In this document: positions 1-11,846 of the stretch, piece after piece
Layout of the letters: every line of letters starts with the position of its first letter
Numbering within the stretch: position 1 is the first letter of the stretch
Source: Octopus sinensis
Lineage: Eukaryota
Assembly (NCBI RefSeq): GCF_006345805.1
Contig: NC_042998.1
Location: forward strand, 165,106,001-165,170,000
DNA: 64,000 nucleotides
Direction of reading: 5' to 3'
Position numbers and translations under genes: made by a program
Notes under the pieces: model-generated
The model's input: the letters and a program-made list of their open reading frames with translations, nothing else
The model's database searches: none
What the model was told of the DNA's origin: nothing

Positions 1-641
1 CACACACATATATATATATATATATATACATGATACATACTTCCTCACATGCATAGATACACACATCCATACAAATATATATATACGTGTACATGCTTGT
101 GTGTGTGTGTGTGTGTGATGTGATATTTTATAATCATTACAATTATGGGTTGCACCTTCTCAAGTGACGGCACATAAAATTCAAAGAGAAGTAAAAAGGA
201 AATCTCATACACACATAACACATAATAAAAACATACCAAAAAGCAAGGATTAAAAGTCAACAAGAATTTGAACTTGAGACATGTTCAAAAGAGGGGTGAG
301 GGTGTGATAAAGAAATACAAACATTGATTCTTATTACTTTAGCAGATTTTTGTCTTTTCGAAGTAACTTTGTCAAACCCAAAACAAACACATGCCCGAAT
401 CACATTTGTTGTTTCGGAGTAAGTAGGATGCATTGCAAGCTGTTGTACTAATTTTTATTCAACTAAACTGATGAGTTAAGCGTTATAAAACGTGATGTGT
501 GTACCAATAATAATAATAATAATACTGGGTCATGATATTTTGCCATCTTGTGTGAGTGTGCTTATGTCTAGTGAAATTCAGTGTATATAAACCCTCCTTA
601 ACTCTCACCAAGCGATATTCATGAAATAATGATAATAATAC

Positions 642-875
642 TTTCTACTACAGCCACAAGGCCTCAGAAAATTTTGCTGGTGTGTGTGTGTGGGGGGGTT
701 CGGTCGGGAATCGATTACATCGACTCCAGTACTCAACAGGTACTTATTTTATCGAACCCGAATAGATAAAAAACCAAAGTCAACCTCGACGGAATTTGAA
801 CTCAGAACGTAAAGACGGACGAAATGCTGCTAAGCATTTTGCCCGGCACGGTAACGGCTCTTCCAGCTCGCCGCC
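642..875 (-). mobile_element. tRNA-derived SINE, family A (about 230 bp, (ATT)n tail)
   Basis: Minus strand starts ggcggcgagctggaagagcc; B-box-like gagttcaaattcc; body gaggttgactttg...gataaaataagtacc shared with more than 10 copies in this window. Confidence 0.85.
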
Positions 876-877
<2 letters not shown>

Positions 878-942
<65 letters not shown>

Positions 943-960
943 CAACAACAATGATAATAA
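878..960. repeat. (AAT)n/(AAC)n microsatellite
   Basis: Direct reading. Confidence 0.95.
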
Positions 961-980
961 CTTATTCCTTTATTGTCCAC

Positions 981-1137
981 ACATGACAACCTAGGGAGAG
1001 AAATCCACGGGGAGCTATGTAGAAAGCTAGCATTTGAACATTCTCATAAATGGTATGAACATGAACCTAGTAAAGTACTAGAAAGTAAGAAATATAAGAT
1101 GTTGTGGGACTTCAACATTCAGACTGAGAGAGACATA
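981..1137 (+). mobile_element. R4/Dong-like non-LTR retroposon fragment 1 (start of REL domain)
   Basis: Translates HDNLGREIHGELCRKL..KWYEHEP..VLES...MLWDFNIQTER, matching the RHD..IHW.LC..KWYEH.P..LWDF.IQTD motif of R4-clade REL endonucleases. Confidence 0.8.
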
Positions 1138-2122
1138 GAAACAAACACAGAAAAAGCTAAGCGTATGAAAAACCGTGCTAAAACTGCTGCCTTAGTTAAT
1201 CTTACTGATAAATGGCAAGAAAAACCCCTCAATGGCAAATACCCAAAGAGAGCTAGCAATAGTTGTTGACAAAGTCCTTACCCATCAGTGGTTAATGTCA
1301 TATGGATTATAATCAGAGACAGAAAGGTTTATCATAGCAGCCCAAGATCAAAGCCTACCTACAAGGAGCTACCAGGCCAATATATTAAAGAACATATTAA
1401 AGTAGCCCAACATGTGGTGTATGTCAACAACAAAATGAAACCATCGATCATGTCTCCATGTGCAGTCTTCTTGCGCCTACAGAGTATCTCGACAGGCATG
1501 ATAGAGCAGCATAGTATATTCACTGAGTAATTAGCAAAACTTGGACCTGCCCCATGATAAAAACTGATGGAAGCACAAACCACCTCTCGTGCTTGAAAAC
1601 GACTACATCTTACTCGTCTGGAACTTCACCGTTCAAACTGACAGAAAGATAACTGCGTATAGCCCAGACACTATATGACTGTCCCAATCGACATAAATGT
1701 ATCTGACAAGACCTACCAAAAAGCTGAGCACGTATAAAGACCTTGAAATAGAAATTGCTAAAATGTGGAACCTCAAGACTAAAACAATAAATGTTGTCAT
1801 AGGCGCCCTAGCAATGACAGCAAAAGGGGATGATTGCTACATAGCTCTGATACCAGGAAATACAAAAATGGCAGAATTTCAAAAAATAGTGCTCGTGGGA
1901 ACTGCCCATATCCTACGTATAATACTTTCTATGTAATCCCAAATTTTAAAATAAACATAATTTTGTTGTTTTCTTAAACATTCTCTAGAACAATACTTTG
2001 TGAAAAACCAAATATATGGTACCCTAGGTATAACACCAACTTGAATTTCTAACCTGTTGTCTCTTGAGGTCTCTTGGTGAGACTTGGATTCAACTTGTAC
2101 AAATACAAAGCAAAAGCCATAG

Positions 2123-2124
<2 letters not shown>
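1138..2124 (+). mobile_element. R4/Dong-like non-LTR retroposon fragment 2, 5'-truncated, decayed (post-RT region, zinc knuckle, REL, 3'UTR)
   Basis: KWQEKPLNGKY; THQWL..L*SETERFIIAAQDQSLPTRSYQANILK; CGVCQQQNETIDHV..C..LAPTEYLDRHDR; W.HKP..VLEN..WNFTVQTDRKI; KLSTYKDLEIEIAKMWNLKTKTINVVIGAL..QKIVLVGTAHILRIILSM* ending at 1936; followed by a (TAA)n tail. Confidence 0.9.
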
Positions 2125-2193
<69 letters not shown>

Positions 2194-2204
2194 GCAATAA
2201 TAAT
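2125..2204. repeat. (TAA)n tract (tail/target of Dong-like element)
   Basis: Direct reading. Confidence 0.95.
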
Positions 2205-2206
2205 AA

Positions 2207-2398
2207 ACCGGAATTGACATGAGAGCAGAGCAAGCCCCCCAAACCACTGCTCTGCTGAGGACAGCTAGGATTTTGAGATTGGTACTTGGATTTTGCAGAA
2301 AGAGACCCTGAGATCACTCTGACAACAGGCAGTTGTCCCCTCCCACAGAATCAACCAGAGCAAATAGGACTGAGCGCTCTGAGAACTAAAATAATAAT
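2207..2398 (+). mobile_element. R4/Dong-like fragment 3 (3' end of a different subfamily)
   Basis: Translates ..QTTALLRTARILRLVL, the typical KTALLGTARILR.VL C-terminus; 3'UTR differs from fragment 2; ends in aataataat. Confidence 0.7.
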
Positions 2399-2450
2399 AT
2401 ATGAAATATTCACTAGAAGTTCATGAATATTCCTCAAATCTATAATATTG

Positions 2451-2659
2451 GCTTCAGATTTTCGCACAAGGCCAACAATTTCGGGGCACGGGGTAAGTCA
2501 ATTAAATTGACCCCCAGTGTTCCATTGGTACTTATTTTATCGACTCCGAAAGGATGAAAGGCAAAGTCGACCTCGGCAGAATTTGAAATCAGAACGTAAA
2601 TACGAACGAAAGCATTTTGCCTGGCGTTCTAACGATTCTGCCAGTTCGCCGCCTTGCTA
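2451..2659 (-). mobile_element. SINE family A with flanking 15-bp direct repeat
   Basis: aaatctataatattg at 2436-2450 and 2660-2674; body homologous to 642-875. Confidence 0.85.
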
Positions 2660-3169
2660 AAATCTATAATATTGACTTCTCCTATATGTACAAGTTCATT
2701 AATTGTGTAGGGAATAGGATACTGTTCCTAGTACATGACTGGTACTTATATTAGCGACTTCAAACGCATGAAAAGCAAACTCTACCAACATATTAATCAA
2801 ATTCAGCTCGGTATGATTCCATTTAATATATTGCCAATGCTTATAATGTTAAACTGATCTAGTCGGTATACTTAGTTATAGCTGCATGGATTGTGCAGTT
2901 GTTATTTAAGTGTCTTCGTCATGAACACTGTGAGGTACGGGTGATAGCGTACAAACTTTTATTTTTTCGGTATATATGTCGACAGAGATTATCGCTTCAA
3001 ACAGCTGGAAACTTGTTGCTGAAAAAATGATGAGGAACATTCGTAGTCCGATGATTAAGTTACTGACCATGATATGCTTGACGTGAATTGGATTGATGTA
3101 GAGCGTTTACAGAGAAGAGAAATTCCAGAAAATCTTATACATATTTCACTGTAGTTAAAAAACCTGGAA

Positions 3170-3300
3170 GATGGTGTTTCATTATAACGTCAGACAAAAT
3201 GCTTTGTTGTATTTACTCCGGCTCATTACGCCCTGTGTTCAAATCCCACCGAGTTTAAATTTGCTTGTCATCTCTCCGGGATCGATAAAATCCAGGGTGA
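3170..3300 (+). mobile_element. Degenerate SINE family A
   Basis: gtgttcaaatcccaccgag...tcatctctccgggatcgataaaat resembles family A body. Confidence 0.45.
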
Positions 3301-4560
3301 TGGATATTTTTACGTTCCGAATAACCAAATAAGTGTAGCAAATTTATCTACATCTAGCAAGATGACATCTGGTAAAAAAATACATGAAGAATGGCAACAG
3401 GTAACGTGCTTTGCATTCTCCCACGAAGGTTCAATGGTAAGGAAGTTTTCAATGGACATTCGATACCCACATGACCTAAAAAGCACAAAATGAATTGTAA
3501 TGTTAACTAAAATAGTGTCTTACTCAGCTTCACGTTTCATGATGTTAAGAAGATGTTTCATATTTAAATTATTTTATTTCACTATATGAAGAAAATCGAG
3601 TTCCAAATATTTGGGTGTCAAATCTTTGCAGTAAATGAATATTATACAAGCAGTATTTGATCTACAAAGGTTATATATCATTAAATTTTATCACAACTAG
3701 GAACAGACAAGTAAATGGTGTAGTCCTTTCAATGAGCTCGGTTTCTGCTTTCCTTTTCCGCCCAAGGTTCGCTTATTTGCTCCAATCAGCTATTGCGTGT
3801 CACACTTTGTGGGATTCGTATTAAACCTTCTCCAGTTTTCTTCCAAGGCAAGTCACCTCCTAAAATGTTGTCTCCAGCTACCATGCAAACATTGATGTAT
3901 AAAGCTGTGGAGTGGAACATCAATCTCATCAGTCTGGAAACTCATACAGCGATAATGAGTGTAGAAACCATCCTACTGAAGAAGTTATGAAAAAAGGTCA
4001 TGGCAGGGTCCTTAAAAGCATAGCCTTCAGTGCTATGTGATTTCATGAATAAAATATTAAGAGTTTTGCTTCAGTTATACCGGTGAACGAAGGAATTTGA
4101 TAAGCAACGAGGTAAAAAAAAATCTTCTGCCGTTCCAACGAGTTTATGATGCTGATGTTGTATTCTTTGGAAAAGAGTTTTCAGTTTAAATAACAAGACT
4201 GAGTTGTATTTACAATGAATCAGAGAATTCTGTATTCGTCTTCTTTATCTTGCAGATTATCTCTGAGCTGTGATCAAAAGTATTACAAACTTTATGTCGC
4301 TATCTCAGTTTAAATTTTAATGCGTCTAGTATTTGCCCCACGCATGCCTCTCCATTCCTTTCTCAAAGGGAAACATCTCATATCAACTTAATCTTCTGCA
4401 GTTTATTAAAAATAGCAAACGAGCTAACGAAAACATCTATATGGTTCGTGTATGTGAATAGCGAAATTAAATCATATACTAAATAATTTACTATAGTGAA
4501 CTACTTGTGAATATTGTGTATGTATGTTTGTGCGTGCGTGTTTGCATTTATATGAGCTTG

Positions 4561-5320
<760 letters not shown>

Positions 5321-5961
5321 TTTCTTATGAATACTTTTGGGCTTAGTTTGGAAGAGTAACGTTTTTAAGTCCACACGCTAGGCTGGCTGATCTTTCAGAA
5401 ATAACTCACAGATCTGCATTAAATATACTGTGATTGTCTTGAAACTGGAGATCATAAATTATGAAGGGTTAAAAACTGCACAGAAGTAAGTTTCCTCAAT
5501 AAAATTTACTTGCTCTACTTTCATGTAAAGAAAAATAGTTACTTTGTTTTTCTTGATCTCAAGACACATTGCCGAAAAATAAAGTTAAAGAATAACACAG
5601 ATTAGAAACACACTAAAGAACTGTAAAAGGAAAATAAAAACAACTCAACACAGAGAAGAACATCTTTATTAGAGCTGATAGAAGCCGACGAAAATCACAA
5701 TACCATACGTTACATAGTAATTATTGCAGTGAAAGAAAACAAAAAACCTTAAAGACTCATACATAATATAATATTTCCCAGTGTCTGTCTGAAGCAAACA
5801 AACACACCCACACAGACATAGAAAACGCCTTCTCCAACACACAGACACGCATACATGCGTGTGAGTGTGCACACATGCGTTGGGGGTAACGTCTTTTATC
5901 TTTTATTTGTTTCCGTCTCTGGACGGCTGGCATATTGAGGCATTGCCTTGAAAGGATTAGT

Positions 5962-6050
5962 CCAGTGGTTCTCATCCGGGTTCTAAATGGCCCTTGACCC
6001 TATGGTCCCCTTGGAGGAATCAAAAGTGTCCATAGTTTAACAAAAATGGT
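5962..6050. mobile_element. Possible hAT/Charlie-like MITE terminus
   Basis: cagtggttctca..ccggg start resembles hAT TIRs; partner end not found. Confidence 0.3.
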
Positions 6051-6054
6051 TGGA

Positions 6055-6370
6055 AAGGCGTGGCTCTGTGATGAGAAGTTTGCTTCCCAACCACATGGTT
6101 TCGGGTTCAGTTCTGCTGCATGGAACCTTGGGCAAATGTATTCTCTTATAGCTTCAGGCCGTGTGTGTTTGCTTGTGTGTATGCGTGTGTGAGTGTTTGT
6201 CCCTCGCCCATCACTTGACAACCGATGTTGCTGTGATCATGTTCCTGTAAATTAGCAGTTTGGCAAAAGCGACCGATAGAATAAGTAGTAGGCTTACAAA
6301 GAATGTCCTGGAGTCGATTTGTTCGACTAAAACCCTTCAAGGCAGTGATCCAGTATGACCACCTGTGGTT
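6055..6370 (+). mobile_element. tRNA-derived SINE family B, older internally deleted copy
   Basis: cccaaccacatggtttcgggttcag...ccttgggcaa...gcaaaagcgaccgatagaataagta homologous to 19440-19870. Confidence 0.8.
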
Positions 6371-6619
6371 GATAAATATCAAGTAGTATATTCCGGTTGT
6401 GCACACAAAGAAAACCAGCCCTATGAATATTTAGCGCAGAGAGACTGGTCCAAAGCAGGCGTTACGTTGATTGTAGGTTGTTGAAATACATAGGTGTGTC
6501 CGACGTGCCGTAAATCCCTACGATATGTCAAAATCAAATGCGTAATAACAATTATCTATCGTCTGTTAATCTTCATTTGCACTCCTTAAAATTTTACCCC
6601 TCTACATATATATATATGT

Positions 6620-7028
6620 ACTCTTTTACTCTTTTACTTGTTTCAGTCATTCGATTGTGGCCATGCTGGAGCACCGCCTTTTAGTCGAGCAAATCGACCC
6701 CGGGACTTATTCTTTGTAAGCCCAGTACTTATTCTATTGGTCTCTTTTGCCGAACCGCTAAGTGACGGGGACGTAAACACACCAGCATGTCAAGCAATGC
6801 TAGGGGGGACAAACACAGACACACAAACATATACACATACACACACACATACATATATACAAACATACGACAGGCTTCTTTCAGTTTCCGTCTACCAAAT
6901 CCACTCACAAGGCTTTGGTCGGCCCGAGGTTATAGCAGAAGACACTTGCCCAAGGTGCCACGCAGTGGGACTGAACCCGGAACCATGTGGTTGGTAAGCA
7001 AGCTACTTGCCACACAGCCACTCCTGCA
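6620..7028 (-). mobile_element. SINE family B, full length
   Basis: Minus strand gtgcaggagtggctgtgtggcaagtagcttgcttacc...gaaacaagtaaaagagtaaaagag; A/B-box-like head; ccttgggcaag central segment. Confidence 0.9.
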
Positions 7029-7139
7029 CTTATATATATATATATATCATCATATTAAAGGGAAATGGAAATTAATTAAAATTTACATTTCCAGTGGTCT
7101 AACGTGTAAAAATTTAGTCCAAAATACTATATATTAGTC

Positions 7140-7800
7140 ATACGATATAGTATATATTTAAACACATGAGGAATCCACTTATAGGAATTCAACACGCTAG
7201 AAAGAACAGCTAGGATCTATAACCACAAAAAATTAGGGATAAAATTCGACGGGAACGAAATGAAAAATAAAATCATTTTACCATCTAGTTTCCTGGACCA
7301 ATTAGTTTCTGATTATATATATATATTTCGTTTGTCTTCTTGTTTATTTTTTATTTCTTGTATTGTATTTTTTTGTACATGTATTTTTATCTTGTATTTT
7401 ATTTTGTAATTTTATTTGTATCGTTTTTACGTCCTGTTTGTGTTACATTTTTTTCTTTCTTTGTTTTTACCCCTCTGCTAAGTAATTTTATTTAATTCTC
7501 TCGCAGAAAGGGCTAGTTTGATGAGTCGTGTTCAGTCCTACCTTCGAAACACGCTAGAGTTGAACTAGGGACAGCTGATGAAGGGTTTTTTTCCTTGTGT
7601 AGGTTGTCTTGTACTCTGTTTTTCGTTGTAAAAAAATGGTTTGTTCCATGCTGTTTTTCCGTTTTCGTTTCTCGTTGAGTTCTACGTCTATTTGTGGTGT
7701 CCTGTACTCACGTATATATATTTATATATGCATGTATATATACATGTAGATGTAGGTACGTACATATATGTATGTATGTATGCATATATTTTATTTATTA
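7140..7800 (+). mobile_element. Penelope-like 3' end/pLTR family (homologous to 32400-32750)
   Basis: tagggacagctgatgaaggg and the T-rich tail align with 32497-32720; carries TTGATGA..GAAAC and CTGATGA motifs; weak ERTARIYNHKKLG reading upstream. Confidence 0.5.
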
Positions 7801-7914
7801 AACTATTATATATATATATATATATATGTATATTCAGATGAATATGCCACTCAAGTTGAAGAACCTGAATTTAGTACGGTATTATTCATACAATTTGAAA
7901 ATAAGGTGATTAAA

Positions 7915-8254
7915 ATCAAAATAAGTAACAAGGATATCCAGAGGTAATGCGGTACGATCGTTTCAAACAATTCCATTTAATTGAACAATGCAATCATTAC
8001 ATGAATTTAAATGCAGAGCAATCCTCAGCTGCATAAAAACAGAATATAATTAAATTAAAACAGATAGACACATTAGTATAATTTGACCTAAAATCTCCAA
8101 GAAGGTAAGGAGATACTAGTCAAATTGTGTCTTTATGCGACTGAGGGTTATTCTGCATTTAAATTGATGTAATGATTGTACTGTTCAATTAAATGGAGCT
8201 GCTTGAAACAATCGCACTGCATTACCTTTGGATATCCTTGTTACTTATTTTGAT
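7915..8254. mobile_element. 340-bp fold-back element (about 120-bp inverted arms plus inner hairpin)
   Basis: atcaaaataagtaacaaggatatcc...cagctgcataaa (7915-8037) is the reverse complement of about 8133-8254 at roughly 85% identity. Confidence 0.9.
7947..8034 (-). ncRNA. Candidate minimal type-I hammerhead ribozyme with intact core
   Basis: Minus strand: atgcag-CTGAGGA-(long stem II)-GAAAC-GATC-GTA-ccgcat; all core nucleotides present; stem I 5/6 paired; palindromic loop III; base of stem II non-canonical. Confidence 0.55.
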
Positions 8255-8359
8255 ATATATATATATATATATATATGTATACACACACATATATGTATGT
8301 ATGTATGTATGTATTCTGTCAATAATAAAAATAGTACTTTATAAGCTTAAAGCTTATAG

Positions 8360-8823
8360 CTATTACTTCTGCGGCATGGTGCGGAGTTCTGTTGTCAGAG
8401 ATAGGGTCTTACAGCAGCCACCCTCTTGACCCAAGGCAGCAATTCCTCCTACAGACGTTTGATGTAGGCATCCGTGTTAATTGTGAGGCCGTGCGGTAAG
8501 ATAAATGGAGGCATAACGTCGCCATCACAAGTGGTAACTCCAAAACGCCATGATGTTGACTGGATGTTTAATGTTTATCGCTCTCGGAATTACGCTGTCC
8601 TTAGATTGATACCCTAAACACTCTGAAATGATCGTACTGGAGCTTCCGACTGGAATACTAAGCGGTATAGGATGTCGCTTCCAAATTCCTGGAAGAGTGA
8701 ATTGCGTCATAGTGTTGTTTTTCTCACAGACTATGCTGGTTAGTCGACAAAATTGAAAGCAAACAATGCCCATGCGCGACATTAAGAATATAAAATGGCG
8801 CCAATTTTCCCATTGTATCCTGT
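8360..8823 (-). mobile_element. Non-autonomous mariner (maT/DD37D-type) copy 1, 3'-truncated
   Basis: Minus strand MTQFTLPGIWKRH..IKHPVNIM..GDVMPPFILPHGLTINTDAYIK..LPWVKRV; 5' end tacaggatacaatgggaaaattggcgcc; homologous to 48601-49365 and 53543-54389. Confidence 0.85.
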
Positions 8824-9159
8824 ATATATCCATATATATATGTGTGTGTATGTATGTTTTTTATACATATATATATATCAAAACATGTGTGTCTATATGT
8901 ATACATATACATACATACATACATACATACATACACACACACACATATATATATTTATATATGTATATATAAATATATGTATTTATATATAAATATATAT
9001 AGATAGATATATGTATATATATATGCATATATATATATGTATATATATATATGTATGTATATAGGTATATATATATATATACATACATATATGTATATAT
9101 ATATGTATATTCATACATATAGATATAGATATATACACGCACGCACACATATACACACA

Positions 9160-9230
<71 letters not shown>
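8824..9230. repeat. Compound (TA)n/(TACA)n/(CA)n microsatellite
   Basis: Direct reading. Confidence 0.95.
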
Positions 9231-9232
<2 letters not shown>

Positions 9233-9376
9233 TTTAATTTGAGGATATATTAACCTCGTGAAGGGATGGTTGTAACCAACGAAATACTGGTTCAATACCC
9301 GGAATTTTGCGAGAACGAAATTCTCTGAAAACAATAGGTGTACATAAAACGCATAATTTATATTCATTTAAAAGAC

Positions 9377-9623
9377 GAAGAGGAAAGAAAATGGAGATGA
9401 GGAAGTCACTAATTGTTTATTATTAACAAATCGGTCATCTTCTCTACTTACAGCTGTTTCACTTATTGCTTAATAATATAATTCTAAAATTGTATATTAA
9501 ATTTACATTTATGCGATTTCATTAGAGGTAAAACGATGCAGCTTTGGATTTTTTATGTGGGGGTATCAATTTGTTAACAATAAATAATTATTAGCTTCCT
9601 TATCTCCATTCTCCTTTCTCTTC
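9377..9623. mobile_element. Short element with about 55-bp imperfect inverted ends enclosing a hammerhead relic
   Basis: 9377-9431 is reverse-complementary to 9569-9623; interior minus strand CTAATGA...GAAAC-AGCT-GTA (9447-9525). Confidence 0.65.
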
Positions 9624-9646
9624 TTATATATAGAGAGAGAGATATG

Positions 9647-9932
9647 TGGAGGCACGTGGCCTAGTGATAAGAGCAGCGGAAACGCCGTCGAGGGATCGTG
9701 GTTTGAATCTCAGACCGGGCGATTTGTGTCTTTATAAGCGAAAGATCTAAGCTCCACGCGGCTCCAACAGAAGGTAATGGGGAACTTCTCTCTTTTGCCA
9801 CGACTTACTCTCACTCTTTCCTCTTTCATCTAGCAGCTCACCCGAAATGGACCGGCGTTCCGTTCAGGTGAGGAACTTATACACCAATGAAACCGGGAAG
9901 CCAGCCCTTATGAGGAGGAACAAACAACAACA
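9647..9932 (+). mobile_element. tRNA-derived SINE family C with (AAC)n tail
   Basis: ggaggcacgtggcctagtg A-box, ggtttgaatctc B-box, ends aacaaacaacaaca. Confidence 0.7.
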
Positions 9933-9970
9933 TATAGATCCGTGGCTGTGTGGTAAGTAGCTTGCTTACC

Positions 9971-11528
9971 CAGAATGCAACACTAGTTGGTCTGGACTGT
10001 TACAGTGAGCAGATGTGAGTTTCGGCTCCGCGAATAGAAAAAAAAGAACAAAATTGTCAATTATGGCTCGCTATAGTGAGCAAAATACTGGGTTCTCATC
10101 ACCGTAACGGTGAATTGAGAAATATTTTTGAAAATTCTTCTTGTGAATTCTAGTGGGCGTATCTCGCCAGAAAAATAAGAATAAGACATTTGGATTACCT
10201 TTTTGGAGTATTATACAAAGGATTCCCTGTTTGTGCTATTTGTGAGGAAATTAATACGAGCCTGGGTATGTGGGCTCCCCCCGGGCACCGAAGCGGATTG
10301 GATTGAAGATACCATACGACGGGGACGGGGGGATGGCGGACCCAGGCTCTTAAATATAAGAGTATTGCCGGCGGTCGATTGGGAAGGGTCAAAAGCGGTT
10401 TTGACCCTGTGGACGCCATCGGCCGCAACAGAACTGGTTTTTCCAGACTTCTTGAACATGGCTAGCTGAAGGTATCCGGTGATACTTGAGGGACGTCCTC
10501 CAAATTGTCACTCGTGCCTGCAGCCAGGCCACATTAAAAGGAACTGCCCTCAGGACCATGGTAAGGTCCTGGAACAGTCACTAGATGCCACCTCCCCGAC
10601 CCGGTCAAAGGGAGAGGTGGATGTGGTCGAGGTGGCTTCAGCCTCCTCAACTCAAAAATATTAAAAAGGAAGAAGGCGGGCAACAATAGTTGCCCGCCGA
10701 AGGAACCTAAGGCTTCGGAAGGCGGGGAAGAGTCTCCAGACAAAGCGGAAGAGCTCCACTCTCCCGAGGCCAGGAAGAAAAGAAAAAAAAGAAGGAAGAA
10801 GAACGGGTTATCTCAGCGGGGAGATGATGTGCCGACTGCATGTCCCGAAGTTGTGCCACCCACGGTGGAAGAAACCACCCCCACCCTTAAAGATGATCAA
10901 TTAATTATCTTTTTCTACAAGGGCGGGGAGGTGGAAAAAATAGTAGAAGAACATAAAGAAACAGTAGATATGCCCTTCACACGGGATCCCGAATGGCCTC
11001 CGCAGATAGCTGTGGAGGTCATAAGGTTTCCCTTGTGGGAAAGGCTTAAAGGATTTGGGTAGGAGTGTCGCATATGGCCGGGTGGCCCTTACACGACTTA
11101 CATGTCCTACATGAGTGAGGCATGGGAAATGGCGGGACACAGGAAATCAAGCGGCATTGAAGATAATGATGAATATATCGATGGATATATCGAAGAGTAG
11201 GAGGTGAAAGACCCTCGTTACTGGGTTTGAAACCTCATCTTATTGGATTATTTTGTAGTGGTTTATAACCTCAATTGTGTGCTTTAAGAAAGAAAGAAAA
11301 AGAAAACATGTTAAGTAGAGGTTTTAGTGCCTTCTCCTTGTAAGAGGTTCGAAACCTCATATTGATTAAAATAAAAAAAAAAAAGAAAATATGTTTTCGA
11401 GAAAAATCCAATCGGCGGGTGTTGGGTTTCGTCTCTCATTTATTCATTATATTTCATTTTCATTCATTAATGTATTTGTCCAGCCCGCAAAGCTCTTAAT
11501 ACTGTCTATATGACAAATTTATGAAATA
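9971..11528 (+). mobile_element. ORF1-only L1/Tx1-type retroposon (HAL1-like) inserted in the head of a family-B SINE
   Basis: Flanked by aagtagcttg(c/t)ttacc at 9955-9970 and 11529-11544; contains gag-like ORF1 remnant, 3'UTR, A-rich run at about 11368-11385 and AATAAA-like end; no RT or endonuclease similarity seen. Confidence 0.75.
10063..11200 (+). pseudogene. Decayed gag-like ORF1 (RRM-like segment plus one CCHC zinc knuckle)
   Basis: RAWVCGLPPGTEADWI..; RYPVILEGRPPNCHSCLQPGHIKRNCP (CX2CX4HX4C at 10506-10547); several stops and frameshifts; last frame ends TAG at 11198-11200. Confidence 0.8.
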
Positions 11529-11846
11529 AAGTAGCTTGTTTACCAACCACATGGTTCCGGGTTCAGTCCCACTGCGTGGCACCTTGGGCAAGTGTCTTCT
11601 ACTATAGCCTCGGGCCGACCAAAGCCTTGTGAGTGGATTTGGTAGGCGGAAACTGAAAGAAGCTCGTCATATATATGTCTATATATATATATATATGTAT
11701 ATATATATGCGTGTGTGTGTGTTGTGTGTCTGTGTTTTGTCCCCCTAGCATTGCTTGACAACCGATGCTGGTGTGTTTATGTCCCCGTTACCTAGCGGTT
11801 CGGCAAAAAGAAACGATAGAATGAGTACTGGGCTTACAAAAGAATA
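11529..11846 (+). mobile_element. SINE family B body (its head lies at 9941-9970)
   Basis: Resumes exactly where the head was interrupted: ttaccaaccacatggttccgggttcagtcccactgcg. Confidence 0.9.

Noticed and set aside
3700-4050. Unique-looking stretch with ORF 3793-3990 and a second open frame SCGVEHQSHQ..FSAM
   Set aside because: No recognisable domain, no convincing splice pair, frames interrupted by stops.
9647-9720. tRNA-like heads with A/B boxes (this and other SINEs)
   Set aside because: No complete cloverleaf; each continues into a SINE body, so they are not tRNA genes.
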